From Phoronis australis (taxonomy: Eukaryota; Animalia; Phoronida), in contig NMRA01000203.1 of assembly GCA_002633005.1 (NCBI GenBank), positions 501,242-565,241 of the forward strand: a DNA stretch of 64,000 nt, given 5' to 3'. A program made the translations under genes and the position numbers. Shown here piece after piece: positions 36,301 to 45,355 of this stretch. A model generated the notes under the pieces. It saw only the letters and a list, made by a program, of their open reading frames with translations. It was not told the DNA's origin and ran no database searches. Numbering within the stretch: the first letter of the stretch is position 1; each line of letters begins with the position of its first letter.

Positions 36301-36762
36301 TTGCGAATCTGTTGTCTGTAACCTGTGTTGAAACTAACTCATCATGACAAGGAAACTTGATGAGTCTGGAGTGAAGTAATAACCACATGTCAGCCCTACT
36401 CAAGACTAGATTCAATCATTTCCAGTCTGAATAAGGATCATGATGAGAGTGGTTCTATACTGCAAAATGGTCTACATCAAAAGTTGCCTTTAACAGAACA
36501 CATTTATTGAGCCTTCAAAAAGTTTTAAAAGTTCAATACACAAATGCACACACATAAATTTTATTCAATGTCAGCACCATTGGCACTACTTTGAAAACAG
36601 ATTGAATTTTTCAAAAGTAAAATGGCACACACATACCTGCAGATCACCAGTCAGTCTATCCACAGTCTGCTGACTGACAGGTACAACAGGTAAAATTCTC
36701 CTAGTCCTGTAGGGTCGTCCATCATCGCTGCTAAGATCGCTGATGTCACTTGTGGTGTCCAT
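2825..36762 (-). CDS. CEP128: Centrosomal protein 128-like (whole coding span, 29 exons, ~1233 aa)
   Basis: 29 exons with AG/GT boundaries (one GC donor) chain in consistent phase to 3702 nt. Peptides such as ETTRNIRAVDTMLDQY, PTSPIRDY, HQSLRDLTSDQIRL, LDQSEGS, QWKAKCKKLERELD, KLKYQ and KLQWL match my recollection of human CEP128 in order. Confidence 0.9.
3809..3951. repeat. 29-bp minisatellite, ~5 copies
   Basis: Unit agtagttggtgaatcaacagtactcatat. Confidence 0.95.
5311..5380 (-). CDS. CEP128: CEP128-like coding exon 28
   Basis: LQLTVSALKQELSDATKLAKDNR; phase 2/0. Confidence 0.82.
5561..7283 (-). mobile_element. Helentron/HINE (DINE-1-like) non-autonomous element with ~150-bp internal tandem monomers
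   Basis: On the minus strand: 5' TTTTTATGCGCCC subTIR with hairpin 7249-7278, (GTCC)n tract, internal repeat array, 3' subTIR and stem-loop caacgc-gga-gcgttg at 5571-5585. Confidence 0.75.
7444..7487 (-). CDS. CEP128: CEP128-like coding exon 27
   Basis: ESDTARNRIHERYN; donor gtgagt; phase 0/2, needed to keep the frame. Confidence 0.8.
7838..7954 (-). CDS. CEP128: CEP128-like coding exon 26
   Basis: EQVLNLTDQLETVREESMHQSFERDREKQDILHELNKLK; donor gtaagt. Confidence 0.85.
8313..8362 (-). CDS. CEP128: CEP128-like coding exon 25
   Basis: ALDFLGRKKEAEVESLE; phase 1/0. Confidence 0.8.
8781..8952 (-). CDS. CEP128: CEP128-like coding exon 24
   Basis: KKLQWLRTNIRERQEQKRKYKIELRE...SKAE; phase 0/1. 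Confidence 0.9.
9220..10458 (-). mobile_element. HINE-like element, second copy
   Basis: Same end acaagagcaatgcgaagcgttgaaatgcgccc, same internal monomers, acagacagac tract and degenerate 5' hairpin. Confidence 0.72.
10460..10516. repeat. 15-bp tandem repeat, ~4 copies
   Basis: Unit acgattcatctttac. Confidence 0.85.
10639..11148 (+). mobile_element. MITE family CAGGGCTTGGAAT, copy 1
   Basis: 13-bp TIR CAGGGCTTGGAAT/ATTCCAAGCCCTG; flanked by atgac duplication; three highly similar copies in the window. Confidence 0.9.
11782..11841 (-). CDS. CEP128: CEP128-like coding exon 23
   Basis: AMSPLKTLSSDRGRWLSAVQ; phase 0/0. Confidence 0.85.
11993..12496 (+). mobile_element. MITE family CAGGGCTTGGAAT, copy 2
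   Basis: Same TIR and body; flanked by actatt duplication. Confidence 0.9.
12997..13074 (-). CDS. CEP128: CEP128-like coding exon 22
   Basis: SLLQSVGLEIQTVVELAAVDASDKLQ; phase 0/0. Confidence 0.85.
13812..13977 (-). CDS. CEP128: CEP128-like coding exon 21
   Basis: LEAERNSVKLKYQRVRQEYDTK...KRSEREQQ; phase 2/0. Confidence 0.9.
14206..14346. repeat. 20-bp minisatellite, ~7 copies
   Basis: Unit catgaaggggatactagtca. Confidence 0.95.
15159..15256 (-). CDS. CEP128: CEP128-like coding exon 20
   Basis: IQLSDERSSSKLVKRQVEKSHAEIERLHTEIS; phase 0/2. Confidence 0.85.
16059..16145 (-). CDS. CEP128: CEP128-like coding exon 19
   Basis: NQEEKTKQDFLRRIKHEQADYEAQLQALQ; phase 0/0. Confidence 0.85.
16437..16529 (-). 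CDS. CEP128: CEP128-like coding exon 18
   Basis: LKQSHLGAVENLKREINSSTENYKQRLTAAQ; phase 0/0. Confidence 0.8.
16908..16985 (+). pseudogene. tRNA-derived sequence (pseudo-tRNA or SINE head)
   Basis: A box tagctcagttg, stem-loop ctaga-ccggcaa-tctag, B box ggttcgattcc, followed by a T5 run; anticodon loop lacks U33. Confidence 0.65.
17483..18026 (+). mobile_element. MITE family CAGGGCTTGGAAT, copy 3
   Basis: Same TIR (one mismatch) and body; flanked by a 37-bp imperfect direct repeat. Confidence 0.9.
18098..18205 (-). CDS. CEP128: CEP128-like coding exon 17
   Basis: ELKNKLQDIKRSLNESRRNETVAKKDIEDLALQVKE; phase 0/0. Confidence 0.85.
18356..18430 (-). CDS. CEP128: CEP128-like coding exon 16
   Basis: RQLAENDHHSKELSEQLRKSEIQNQ; phase 0/0. 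Confidence 0.8.
18810..18941 (-). CDS. CEP128: CEP128-like coding exon 15
   Basis: MENELRSYQQRFHSMNEDRNKLDEAISATQAAERLSQDQNRQLQ; phase 0/0. Confidence 0.85.
19569..19640 (-). CDS. CEP128: CEP128-like coding exon 14 (probable GC donor)
   Basis: ISELKSTQASLEIELSEAKQVIEQ; donor CAG|gcaagt. Confidence 0.78.
20628..20675 (-). CDS. CEP128: CEP128-like coding exon 13
   Basis: SVRAQQEEQISGRDLQ; donor gtgagt; phase 0/0. Confidence 0.8.
22005..22179 (-). CDS. CEP128: CEP128-like coding exon 12
   Basis: WKAKCKKLERELDRQ...ENMRREMADIL; phase 2/0. Confidence 0.9.
22475..22805. repeat. Degenerate ~39-bp minisatellite, ~8 copies
   Basis: Approximate consensus ccatgttccaaggcccccaacctctcatgctctactccat. Confidence 0.8.
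22821..23086 (-). CDS. CEP128: CEP128-like coding exon 11
   Basis: VLSKDLDNKEKHAAKL...NEELKARAQEVVK; donor gtaagt; phase 0/2. Confidence 0.9.
23431..24255. mobile_element. MITE with long (~210 bp) imperfect TIRs
   Basis: caaggtacctaaa...tttaggtaccttg; 23431-23645 is the inverted complement of 24053-24255. Confidence 0.75.
24488..24642 (-). CDS. CEP128: CEP128-like coding exon 10
   Basis: VDESEDRLKLEKEVQQLRAELSRAS...QLSDHIE; phase 1/0. Confidence 0.9.
25133..25325 (-). CDS. CEP128: CEP128-like coding exon 9
   Basis: AEHELKSTRRKLDQSEGSKSALESQIAQLRGQL...; phase 0/1. Confidence 0.9.
25458..25544 (-). CDS. CEP128: CEP128-like coding exon 8
   Basis: ALHHLQQPAVPPPPPDTSRLDRLERDRIQ; phase 0/0. Confidence 0.85.
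25903..26801. repeat. ~450-bp tandem duplication joined by N
   Basis: 25903-26350 is repeated at 26352-26801 with a single N at 26351. Confidence 0.9.
27097..27210 (-). CDS. CEP128: CEP128-like coding exon 7
   Basis: VSSRVDDRLKKLEDEFQTKRKLREQKDEISHLSTELKQ; phase 0/0. Confidence 0.88.
28262..28438. mobile_element. Small foldback (MITE-like)
   Basis: ~65-bp inverted arms ttgcaaa...gccacctgttggccacattaagtgac / gtcacttgatgtggccaacaggtggc...tttgcaa. Confidence 0.7.
28496..28574 (-). CDS. CEP128: CEP128-like coding exon 6
   Basis: SERENRRALRDMSTSLKQNQIPATLM; phase 2/0. Confidence 0.8.
29200..29834. mobile_element. Foldback element enclosing a 20-bp minisatellite
   Basis: Arms 29200-29307 and 29684-29834 are inverted; right arm plus flank resembles 49560-49700. 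Confidence 0.65.
29349..29655. repeat. 20-bp minisatellite spanning an assembly gap
   Basis: Unit ggtcacaatgataacagatt; N run at 29496-29533. Confidence 0.95.
30694..30975. repeat. Near-perfect palindrome, 129-bp arms and 24-nt loop
   Basis: 30694-30822 versus the reverse complement of 30847-30975, about 2 mismatches. Confidence 0.92.
31106..31960. mobile_element. Large foldback element (~400-bp diverged arms)
   Basis: 31106-31504 is the inverted complement of 31538-31960 with many substitutions. Confidence 0.8.
32020..32219 (-). CDS. CEP128: CEP128-like coding exon 5
   Basis: ...SSVRFREDLNTSIHDLHQSLRDLTSDQIRLQEELGKE...; phase 0/2. Confidence 0.9.
32730..32785 (-). CDS. CEP128: CEP128-like coding exon 4
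   Basis: ARRSRRKQRKPTSPIRDYR; phase 1/0, needed to keep the frame. Confidence 0.85.
33464..33587 (-). CDS. CEP128: CEP128-like coding exon 3
   Basis: LREDLSRTTTQLKEERENRRSISDTRSLRSSDLDRYSDTAE; phase 0/1. Confidence 0.85.
34253..34339 (-). CDS. CEP128: CEP128-like coding exon 2
   Basis: ETTRNIRAVDTMLDQYKDVSDQHSSAIDK; phase 0/0. Confidence 0.9.
35830..35920. repeat. 43-bp direct tandem duplication
   Basis: attggttcagcaaaatgcgtggaattcccaatagctatactag x2. Confidence 0.9.
36637..36762 (-). CDS. CEP128: CEP128-like coding exon 1 (start codon)
   Basis: MDTTSDISDLSSDDGRPYRTRRILPVVPVSQQTVDRLTGDLQ; donor CAG|gtatgt; acceptor upstream at about 36790. Confidence 0.85.
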
Positions 36763-36851
36763 TGTGAAGTCAGCAAACCATCAGTATCTCTGTTGATTAC
36801 ATCACATAAGACATAATTAGGCAGTAGGGTGAAAAACGGGAGAGTGTACTC

Positions 36852-37882
36852 CAGGGCTTCATCCAGGATTTCGAAAATAGGGTTCCAAAATGGGGTTCCC
36901 AATATTTCAGGGCGTGCGATTTCAGCGGTGCGTTACGGCCTACGGGCCTCACTACCTTTCACCAGTAATCCCTCCAAACACAGTGAGGTTTTTACAAAAA
37001 ATGCGTAGACCAAGGCTTCTACATCTACATTTATACAAAAACAGCTCCCTGCATTGAGATATTTTACTAAAAACAGAGCATGGACCAAAACATTTTCTTC
37101 TAAATTAACGAAAACAGCCAAGTACCTTACCAAACAAATATTAGACATTGGTTGAATAATGAGTGCACTATGTTTTTGGAGATCTCAAGCCAAATTGGTG
37201 TTATAAAATTTATCATATTTTCTTAACTAGCTTTTATATTCTGTACAATGAATCATTAGAACTGCAATTACCAACACAAGAAAAATGCAGAGATGTTGTG
37301 TGATTTATATTTTGGCAACAGGTGTCACTGCTGCTCCTTATTAAAACATTAAAACGCACATTGAAAAGCATGAAAAGGGTTTAAACTCAAAAATTTTAAA
37401 TGGAATATTCTTGTGGCACAATATACTGGTAGCATTGAAATGATGACATTTATTTCGCTTTTGGTGTTTTTTAAACAAAAGATGAAAAACAAGGCACTAC
37501 AGCTCTGAAACACCAGTTTGGAGTTACCCACGGTCCTGCTGCTACATATACAGGTAGTACTCAATTACCATTTGTGACAAGACCACTGAGAGAAGAGACT
37601 GCAACTGAACACCTAAAATGATCTACATGTTTTTCAATAGTTTAAGAATTGCAACATGTTATATACATTGTACATTTCCTTCTGACTTGAAAGGACCAAC
37701 ATTTCACCAATCTTTGATTAACAGCCAGTCCCAATAAGGTTACAATGTTGGTCTCCTAACTGGTGAAATTCTAATCCACAGTGGGTATCCGAACGATACA
37801 TTAGGCGTCCTTTTCCAGAGCCTCCAGATTAGTGTTAGGGCGTCAATTTGGACGCCCAGGAACTAGGCTGCATGAAGGCCTG
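36852..37882. mobile_element. hAT-type non-autonomous DNA transposon
   Basis: TIR cagggcttcatccag/ctgcatgaaggcctg; perfect 8-bp TSD gtgtactc at 36844-36851 and 37883-37890. Confidence 0.88.
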
Positions 37883-38439
37883 GTGTACTCACTGAATCAT
37901 GATCTGAATTCAAATCTACGATCACGTTATAAATTTAATGGAATCTTTCGATTACTTCAGAATCACAGTGTCATAGAACTTGAACAAAATCAAACAGGAA
38001 CATTGAATTGCACCCACGACTGTACCTCAAACGGTGTACTTCCAGGATGTTTATTAGTGTCGTTAAAATGGTCAGTGCCATTTTAAACACAGTGCGCAGC
38101 AGGTGGTATGATGTCATATCCCCTGTCGCATCAGGAATCTGGGAGAATTTTAGGGGGAGGCATGGCCCCCTATAAATCCGCCACTAGGCATGCAGCGTAA
38201 AAATGGAAGGTTACAGATTTTGGGAACTGAACGAGGGACTGATCGAAGAAAAAGTTTGATAATGGGAGTATTTGTTGGAGTTAGAAGGAAATAAAGACAG
38301 CAACAGCCTCCTAAGGAGTTCCTCCTTTGATGTTTTAGTCAGTGTGAGGCAAAAAAGCTTCCTATAGGAGCTACACATCTGAAGTTCAAATCTACAGATG
38401 GTGGTACACACACTAGATATTTCTTTGTGACGCTACAAA

Positions 38440-39830
38440 TGTTTCCAAGGCTGTTGTTGAGATTGAAGGAACAAAAATTACCAGTGAGGTGGACCTTAAT
38501 TGCTTGGTGTCATACTCAATGAGGACCTTAATTTTGACAACCATGTCAAAGTTTCATGTCACAAGGCAGGAGCTTGACAGCTCAATGATTTACAACGTCT
38601 GGCTAGGACTCTAGACTTTAGTAGTCGGACGATAATTTTTCGATGTTTTATTTTATCTGTTTCTCTATTGACTACTGTGCTTTAGTCTGGCATTTTTATA
38701 TCCAAGTCAATACAATGTAGGGCCCTGCAATTTGTGATGATGTTTCTAGCTCATATACGAGACATTGCACTACAGAGAGCTAATCTCTAGAGCTACTTTA
38801 GAGCTTGGTAGACAGTAAAAGAAGATTGGAAAATTTTGAACTACTTGTCACCCCCTTTCTGTGGGACCTTCTCCCAGTTCACATGATCCCATATAATTTG
38901 AGATCATCCAACAAGACAAATGTTCCCCAGTGCAGTGGCAGAGCAGAACCACTCGTCACCGTCTGCGATCTTTCAGAGCCTACGATGATTCTAATTTGTG
39001 GAACTCTTTATCACAGGAGGTGACATCAAGCTTAGATTTAAAGACATTTGTGCAATATGCCTACACATTCGACTGAGCCTCCTCGCAAGTGCAAGGCCTG
39101 TGATTTTCTGGATCAAGATAAACATAATCTCGGCTATGGCTGGTGCTAAATTTCAATTTTAACATTTTNTGACCTGTAGAGGCGGTAATGCCCCTGGTCA
39201 TTGAGGTGTACCTGGTCTCGGTTCATAAGCTTCCTGTTGCCGTTGAAGCGCCGGTGGATCCAGAATTTCACGGTGGGATGGTTTCTAGCTCATATATGAG
39301 ACATTGCACTACAGAGAGCTAATCTCTCTACTTTAGAGCTTGGTAGACAGTGAATGAATCTAAAAGAAGATTGGAAAATTTTGAACTACTTGTCACCCCC
39401 CTTTCTGTGGGACCTTCTCCCAGTTCACATGATCCCATATAATTTGAGATCATCCAACAAGACAAATGTTCCCCAGTGCAGTGGCAGAGCAGAACCACTC
39501 GTCACCGTCTGCGATCTTTCAGAGCCTACGATGATTCTAATTTGTGGAACTCTTTATCACAGGAGGTGACATCAAGCTTAGATTTAAAGACATTTGTGCA
39601 ATATGCCTACACATTCGACTGAGCCTCCTCGCAAGTGCAAGGCCTGTGATTTTCTGGATCAAGATAAACATAATCTCGGCTATGGCTGGTGCTAAATTTC
39701 AATTTTAACATTTTAATCTTTGTTTTAATTTCACATTTATTTGTTTTGTAGCTCATGTATTTATTTGTCAGTATACTAGCCTGTAGCTACTATTTTCTCT
39801 TGTTTTACTTTAACCGACTATAAATAAATT
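38440..39830 (+). mobile_element. Degenerate CR1/L2-type LINE 3' fragment (partly duplicated)
   Basis: Frameshifted peptides LLGVILNEDLNFDNHV, QLNDLQRLAR, DYCALVWHF, YNLRS and LWNSL are typical of the CR1 ORF2 C-terminus; 38740-39168 is repeated at 39281-39715 across an N. Confidence 0.75.
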
Positions 39831-40007
39831 GATTAAGTAACTGAAACACACAGTGATCACACACACACACCACACGCAATCACAACAAGTTTTAAGACAG
39901 TTTCCAATGACTAATCGTCAAAATAACAAAGACCTATTGGATTTTTAACTTAATGAGCTTATGTTATACATCTTTTGAATGTTTTCAGATCACTTAACTT
40001 TACTCAC

Positions 40008-40160
40008 ATTTTTTGTGAAACTCTCACACCAGTTGACTCATTCAAACGAGATATCTGCTGTCGTTGTCGAAGTTAAAAACACCGCCATTTTGAAACAAAC
40101 TATTGGACATAAGACGACATTAATGATTGGATATCATTTTACAAATGAACCAATGGTTGA
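40008..40160 (-). promoter_or_regulatory. Candidate CEP128-like promoter and non-coding first exon
   Basis: YY1-type AAAATGGCGG at 40082-40091 (minus strand); three CCAAT boxes at 40102, 40126 and 40150; TTTGAA CHR-like elements; strong minus-strand donor |gtgagt at 40007; matching acceptor at 36790. Confidence 0.55.
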
Positions 40161-40329
40161 CGTTTTGACAAAAAGAGTACAGCCTGACCTCTGGTGACTA
40201 CTTGTGACAACTTTGAGAAGTTTTGGGGTCTCGTTTCGAGTTGTTGGGTTCCAAGAGGAACTTTAAAGGTAATAATTTCAATTATTACAGGTACTAAACA
40301 AGTTATTTTCAATGTCAAAAGGGAATTTG

Positions 40330-42000
40330 TAGGATTTAATGGTCCCTGGTTTGGAGAACCAGACAATCAATAAATAAATGATTCGTTATTCAGCTGGAGA
40401 AAACTGGTAATTTACTCTCTACTGGTGATAGCCAGTGACCATTGACTGTCTCTACTGGCACCGCCAGTAGAAACAGTGGAGCGGCACTGGTCGGAAAAAG
40501 TGACCCCGAATTTAGAGAACCAGGCAGTCGCTGAATAACGGGTCCGTTACTTAGTTCATGAAACTGGTTCTCTATTTCAGGGACCGCTATATCCGACTAG
40601 TGTGGAGCTCCTATATGGCTGAGTATATGTGCTTCGCCTTTATACGCCGGAAGCTTTTCGGCAAATTATGTCTCGCACTGACTGAAACATCAAAGACACG
40701 TTTCCTTTTGCGCATAGAGGTACACCTTAGGAGGGCCTCGATGTATTTAATTCCTTTCAACTTTAACAAATACTCCCGTTATCAAACTTTTTCTTCGAGC
40801 AGTCCGTCGTTCAGTTCCCAAAGTCGGTAACTCGCCATTTTTAACACTGCGTGTGGCAGGTGGTATGACATTGTATCCCTTGCCACATCGTGTTGGAAAG
40901 AATTGAATACACAGATGGACTCCTAAGGTGGCCCTCTATGTGCAAAAGATATTTATAACAATGCGCCTTTGATGTTTTAGTCAGTGTGAGGCATAATTCG
41001 CTGAAAAGCTTCCGGCATATGAAGTGCCTATAGGAGCTCCACCATCCCACTGACACCGCCATTAAGACGGTGGTCACTGTCTAAATCAGTGACTAACCAG
41101 AAGAACACTCGGCACTTGGATATGGGTTTTCATAGACATAGAAATTAATATGTACAAAAGAGGTAGAAGGGCTATGTACAGAAAGAATACAAACATACCT
41201 GACATTATTAAGCAATGAACAAATGACAGTATTTGACAGCGTAGGCAAAGTTTGGCATTCACAAGCTTGGCATATATAGCGACTTAACTCATTAATAAAG
41301 GTATTGAGATCTTGGCAATATATATTAATAAAGCACAAAAAATATTTCCAGGTGATCAGTGCAATGGGCCCACATGCGCGGCCTGCGCACGTCTGGCACA
41401 ACGTGTACCAGACCACCTTCAATTATTTCTTTTTGGCAACATCTTATACATTCGGGTGTTCCATAAAGATACCCCCTGGTGGTGAATAGAATTACTAGTA
41501 AGCCCATAGGATGTAGTGGCAAACCTTGCTACACACAGAGTGTTTTCCCCCTGTACCTCATAGGGCAGATGTCTGATAGCACTTACTTACTTACGTACTT
41601 ACTTACTCAACTCACTGTCTAAGTGTCAATCACTTCTCAGTTTAGGCAGTCTCGACCCCAGACAGTAGAGATGTGATGCTCCTGTAGGCTTTGGCACTAG
41701 TCGGATATAGTGGTCCCTGATTCTGAGAACCAGACAATCACTGAATAATGAGCCCGTTCTCAAAATCAGGGACTGCTATATCGGACCAGTGCCTGATCTC
41801 TTCAGTGAATTATGTCTCATAGTGATTAAAACATCAAACTCACGTTAAGTACCGTTTGCACATAGAGGGACACTTTAGGAGGCTGTCGATGTCTTTACTT
41901 CTTTCCAACTCAGCAGTCCTTCGATCATTTGCCCAAATCAGCAACTGGCCAGTTTTATACCAAGTGCAAGCACTCTGATTTTTACACTGTGCATCAGGCA
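40330..42000. repeat. Cluster of a dispersed repeat family with foldback arrangement
   Basis: 40601-40760 is inverted with 40890-41042; hairpin at 41693-41791; related segments at 38080-38400 and 41790-42000. Confidence 0.65.
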
Positions 42001-44321
42001 AATTCTTCAATCATCTGTTTCTCTTCTACAAGGTTGTGGGTACAAGTCACAACAAATTATGAGAATTGGTTTCACTTCGTTAGAAATTTTTTATTTTCAA
42101 ACTTATCCAGCAAAGCAAATTTCAGAGCAAAATTTTCTTGAGTGAAGCTGAACTGCCAAAGGATGTCACAAAAAAATTTCCAAAGGGCGTGCCTGTTTGA
42201 CAAACTGATTATTTTCGAATTGAAGGCAGACTTCTTCCCTTACAATAGCTGGAAATTTTTATTACTTAACTGGTGTTTACTAGAATGCTTTTCATTCAAA
42301 ACGGTTGTAACAGAGAAGGGAAGTGTTGCCTGGCTCCCAGACTTTGCATGCACCCCCACCAGTTGTTAGCTCTCCTTGTTAAGTTTTAGGATGAGGTGCG
42401 GAGCAGATCATTACCTGGGTGGTATGATATTTCTAGGTTCCTTAATTCCAGATGTTGATCTTAGTCTGAATACAGCTAGTTGGCTGCCTCATCACAAATA
42501 TACAAGAAACAGTACAATATTGTACTAGGTAACTAACAAAACTTAAGTAGTGTGTCACTAAATTCAGTTTAGCAAATTACTGGCATTCAAATTGTTACAA
42601 CTGATTTTGATGAAAAAGTGGTGGTAAATCGTCCGGTGGGCAGTTTTGTATTAGCTGGAGCTCACTCCTAGCTGTGAAGAACGAGGTCGACTACGAGGGA
42701 AAACAAACAAGTGACCCACAATTGTCCCAGGAAAATTGGCATGTGTTCCTGCTGAGTGCAGTCTGACTGACATTGATTTATGGATGAGTCTGACTATGGT
42801 GGCTCCCCTTGTGACATTTTTCTTCTTATGTTACAACAACTGCTGCATCTCCTAAACCTCCATGAAAGTTAGAAGTGTACTATGAACTAGCAAAAAATAA
42901 CAGCTTTTTTCAGATGGATCCGACTACTGCTAAACCTGCAAGTTAGTGGCAAGTTTTAATTTTGCTTCTAGCTGTCTTTTTGAGTTCCTGGGTGGATTTT
43001 CATGATATTTAGAATGTACTAGTAGGTTTCTTAAAAGAGATAGTTATCCTTTCTATTCCTGGACTGTTTCTACATATTCTGCGCCTCCTAGTGACCATGA
43101 TACCAATTCCCATGGAAACGTACTGCTTGAGATGTGCTAGGGGTTCTAGGCAAATTTTGACGCTTTTTCTTGTTCTTGTTCTTGTTCTGGTTTTCAATTG
43201 CTGATACTTTGATGCACCTAATGGAAACTTTATCAGACTTTTTATGATATATATTGAGTACTAAGTAAATATTAGACTAAAATTTTCTGGACTTATTTTT
43301 GTCGCAAAATTTGACAAAATAGAATTTCAGTTGTTTGCTATATTGTGTGCTAAGTTGGTGAAAAAATTACTGTTCACGATAGTCACTGTTCACTATAGTC
43401 ACTGTTCACTATAGTCAGCTGGGGATAAGGCGTATTTGGTGATGTCGCTGCTAGTAATTGATAAATGGCTGCTCTACATGTAGCTTAATAGCCATACTGC
43501 AGAAACCTCTGAAATGCTGCGATATGTTACCCACAATGCTGACCTACAGTAAGGCACTCTTTCCATAGTTGTACCTTGCTATGTTGCTGCATGGTAACAA
43601 CAAAGTTGAGATTGTATGATGTATTGTTTTTCTTGTTCATCCCATGTCAACCATTGTGCTTTTTGCCTTATGAATCCACACAATTTAATCCAGGTTGTGT
43701 CACCAAAGTTTGTAGATCTTGTCAAACTTTCAAGTTTGGTAAATGTCCTGTTTAAATGTGACCAAACATTAAAATCTTGTAGTCAGATTTCTCCATACAG
43801 TTGCAGTGTTCTGCCAAAATGAATTGAGTCTTCTTGACTGGTGCTCTGTGGATTCACTTCATACATAACTTCAAAAAACATCTGTCTCTGCTGTTTAGCT
43901 ATGCGCATAAGATTATATACATGGATGGCTTCAATTACATTCCTGAGCGTATTATTCAGTTGGTGATTAGTAGCTCCAGTGATTTACAGCTGCTGTTCCA
44001 GATGGAAGATGAGAGGATGGTTTACTGCAATTAACTGACTTCATCTGCATGCTACATAAATGTGTTCTACATGGTGTAATGAATTTCATCCAATGTTGAT
44101 TCTAAATAAGAAATTACTCTGCTTTCATACAGCAGGGTTATTTCTTACCAGGTTTGAACCTGTTCCCTTTGGGCGCACCTGATGGTAAAAAGTGTTCCTT
44201 TTCTCAAAAAGACGTGCCCAGCAGATTTAGTGTAATTGAAGTGGTAGCTTATAAAACAGAAACTCCAAGGACATATGAAAAAAGAACAGAATCATATTTT
44301 ACCTGACTAAGTTGACTACAA

Positions 44322-45355
44322 TTATGCACCCACATATTTATGTGGGTGTATATTGCCGTCATCTCTGTCTGTCATCAGCTGTGTCTTCTAAACCCCTCAT
44401 AGCATCTTGACGAGATTTGGCTGGTGTGTTTCTATAAGGATGACGACAGATGACTATGAATTTTGGATGAATCTGGCTACTGGTGTGTCCCCTGGTGGCA
44501 ATTTTATTTTTTTACATTTACCCTGTGATGCTATCCTCCCGTTTTTTGGATGGATTCGACGTATTTTGCGCCACGTAGTGGCCATCTCGGAGGCTCGGCG
44601 TCGTTGCGCTCATTGTGATCATCGATCTTTAACTAAAAGTCGGGGAATCGCGCGTTTCCATAGCACTGCTGAGCACTAAATCTTCCCTCTTTAAAAGTCG
44701 GGGATGGGCGCTTAACCGAGAGGTGGGTGCTTAACTGGAAATCATCAAAAATCGCAGAGGGGCGGTTAACCGAGCAGTGGGCGGTTAAATCGAAAATCCA
44801 CCTAAAGTAGGGGATGGGTGATTAAGTGAACATGGGCGTTAACCCGAACGTTTACAGTATGTTGTTAAATTTATAAAGTGTATATGAAATTGACAACGTA
44901 CAACGATTTTCAGATGGATCTGATGAACGCTGTGCCACCTAGTGGCAATTTCATTTTCTTTCTGTTTTACTCTGTCTCTCTGAAGTTCTTTGATGGACTT
45001 TTATGCGTTCACATATATATATGTGTGTGGGTGCATATTGCCGTCATCTCTGTCTGAGCGTCCCGGCGTCTGTATCTCCTAAACCCCTTGCAGGATCTTA
45101 ATGAAATTTAGCAGGTGTGTTCCTATGCGGTTGACGACAGAGGGCGACGAGTTTCGGACCGACCCGAATACCGCTGTGCCCCCTAGTGGCAATTTTAGTT
45201 TTTCACGTTTGCCTCTGTATCTTCAAAGGTCCTCTACCGTTTTTCATGAAATTTGACACCTGTGCATCTATTAATGAGAGGACACTTTTGTACCATTTCC
45301 GTATGGATTCAATCCATTTTTTGCCTCCTAGTGACCATTTTTACTGTTTTCGAGT
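44322..45355 (+). mobile_element. Two truncated HINE-like copies with an interrupting element
   Basis: 5' hairpins at 44322-44352 and 44998-45040, each followed by gccgtcatctctgtct and the family monomers. Confidence 0.68.
44636..44859. mobile_element. Fragment of a GGGCG(C/G)TTAA-repeat MITE end nested among HINE pieces
   Basis: Six gggcg/gggtg-nttaa subterminal repeats ending in cgtttacagta. Confidence 0.5.

Noticed and set aside
38740-39715. Duplicated ORFs (38805 and 39354) as a tandem gene pair or LTR pair
   Set aside because: They are near-identical copies either side of an N at 39169 within a decayed LINE fragment, so probably an assembly artefact.
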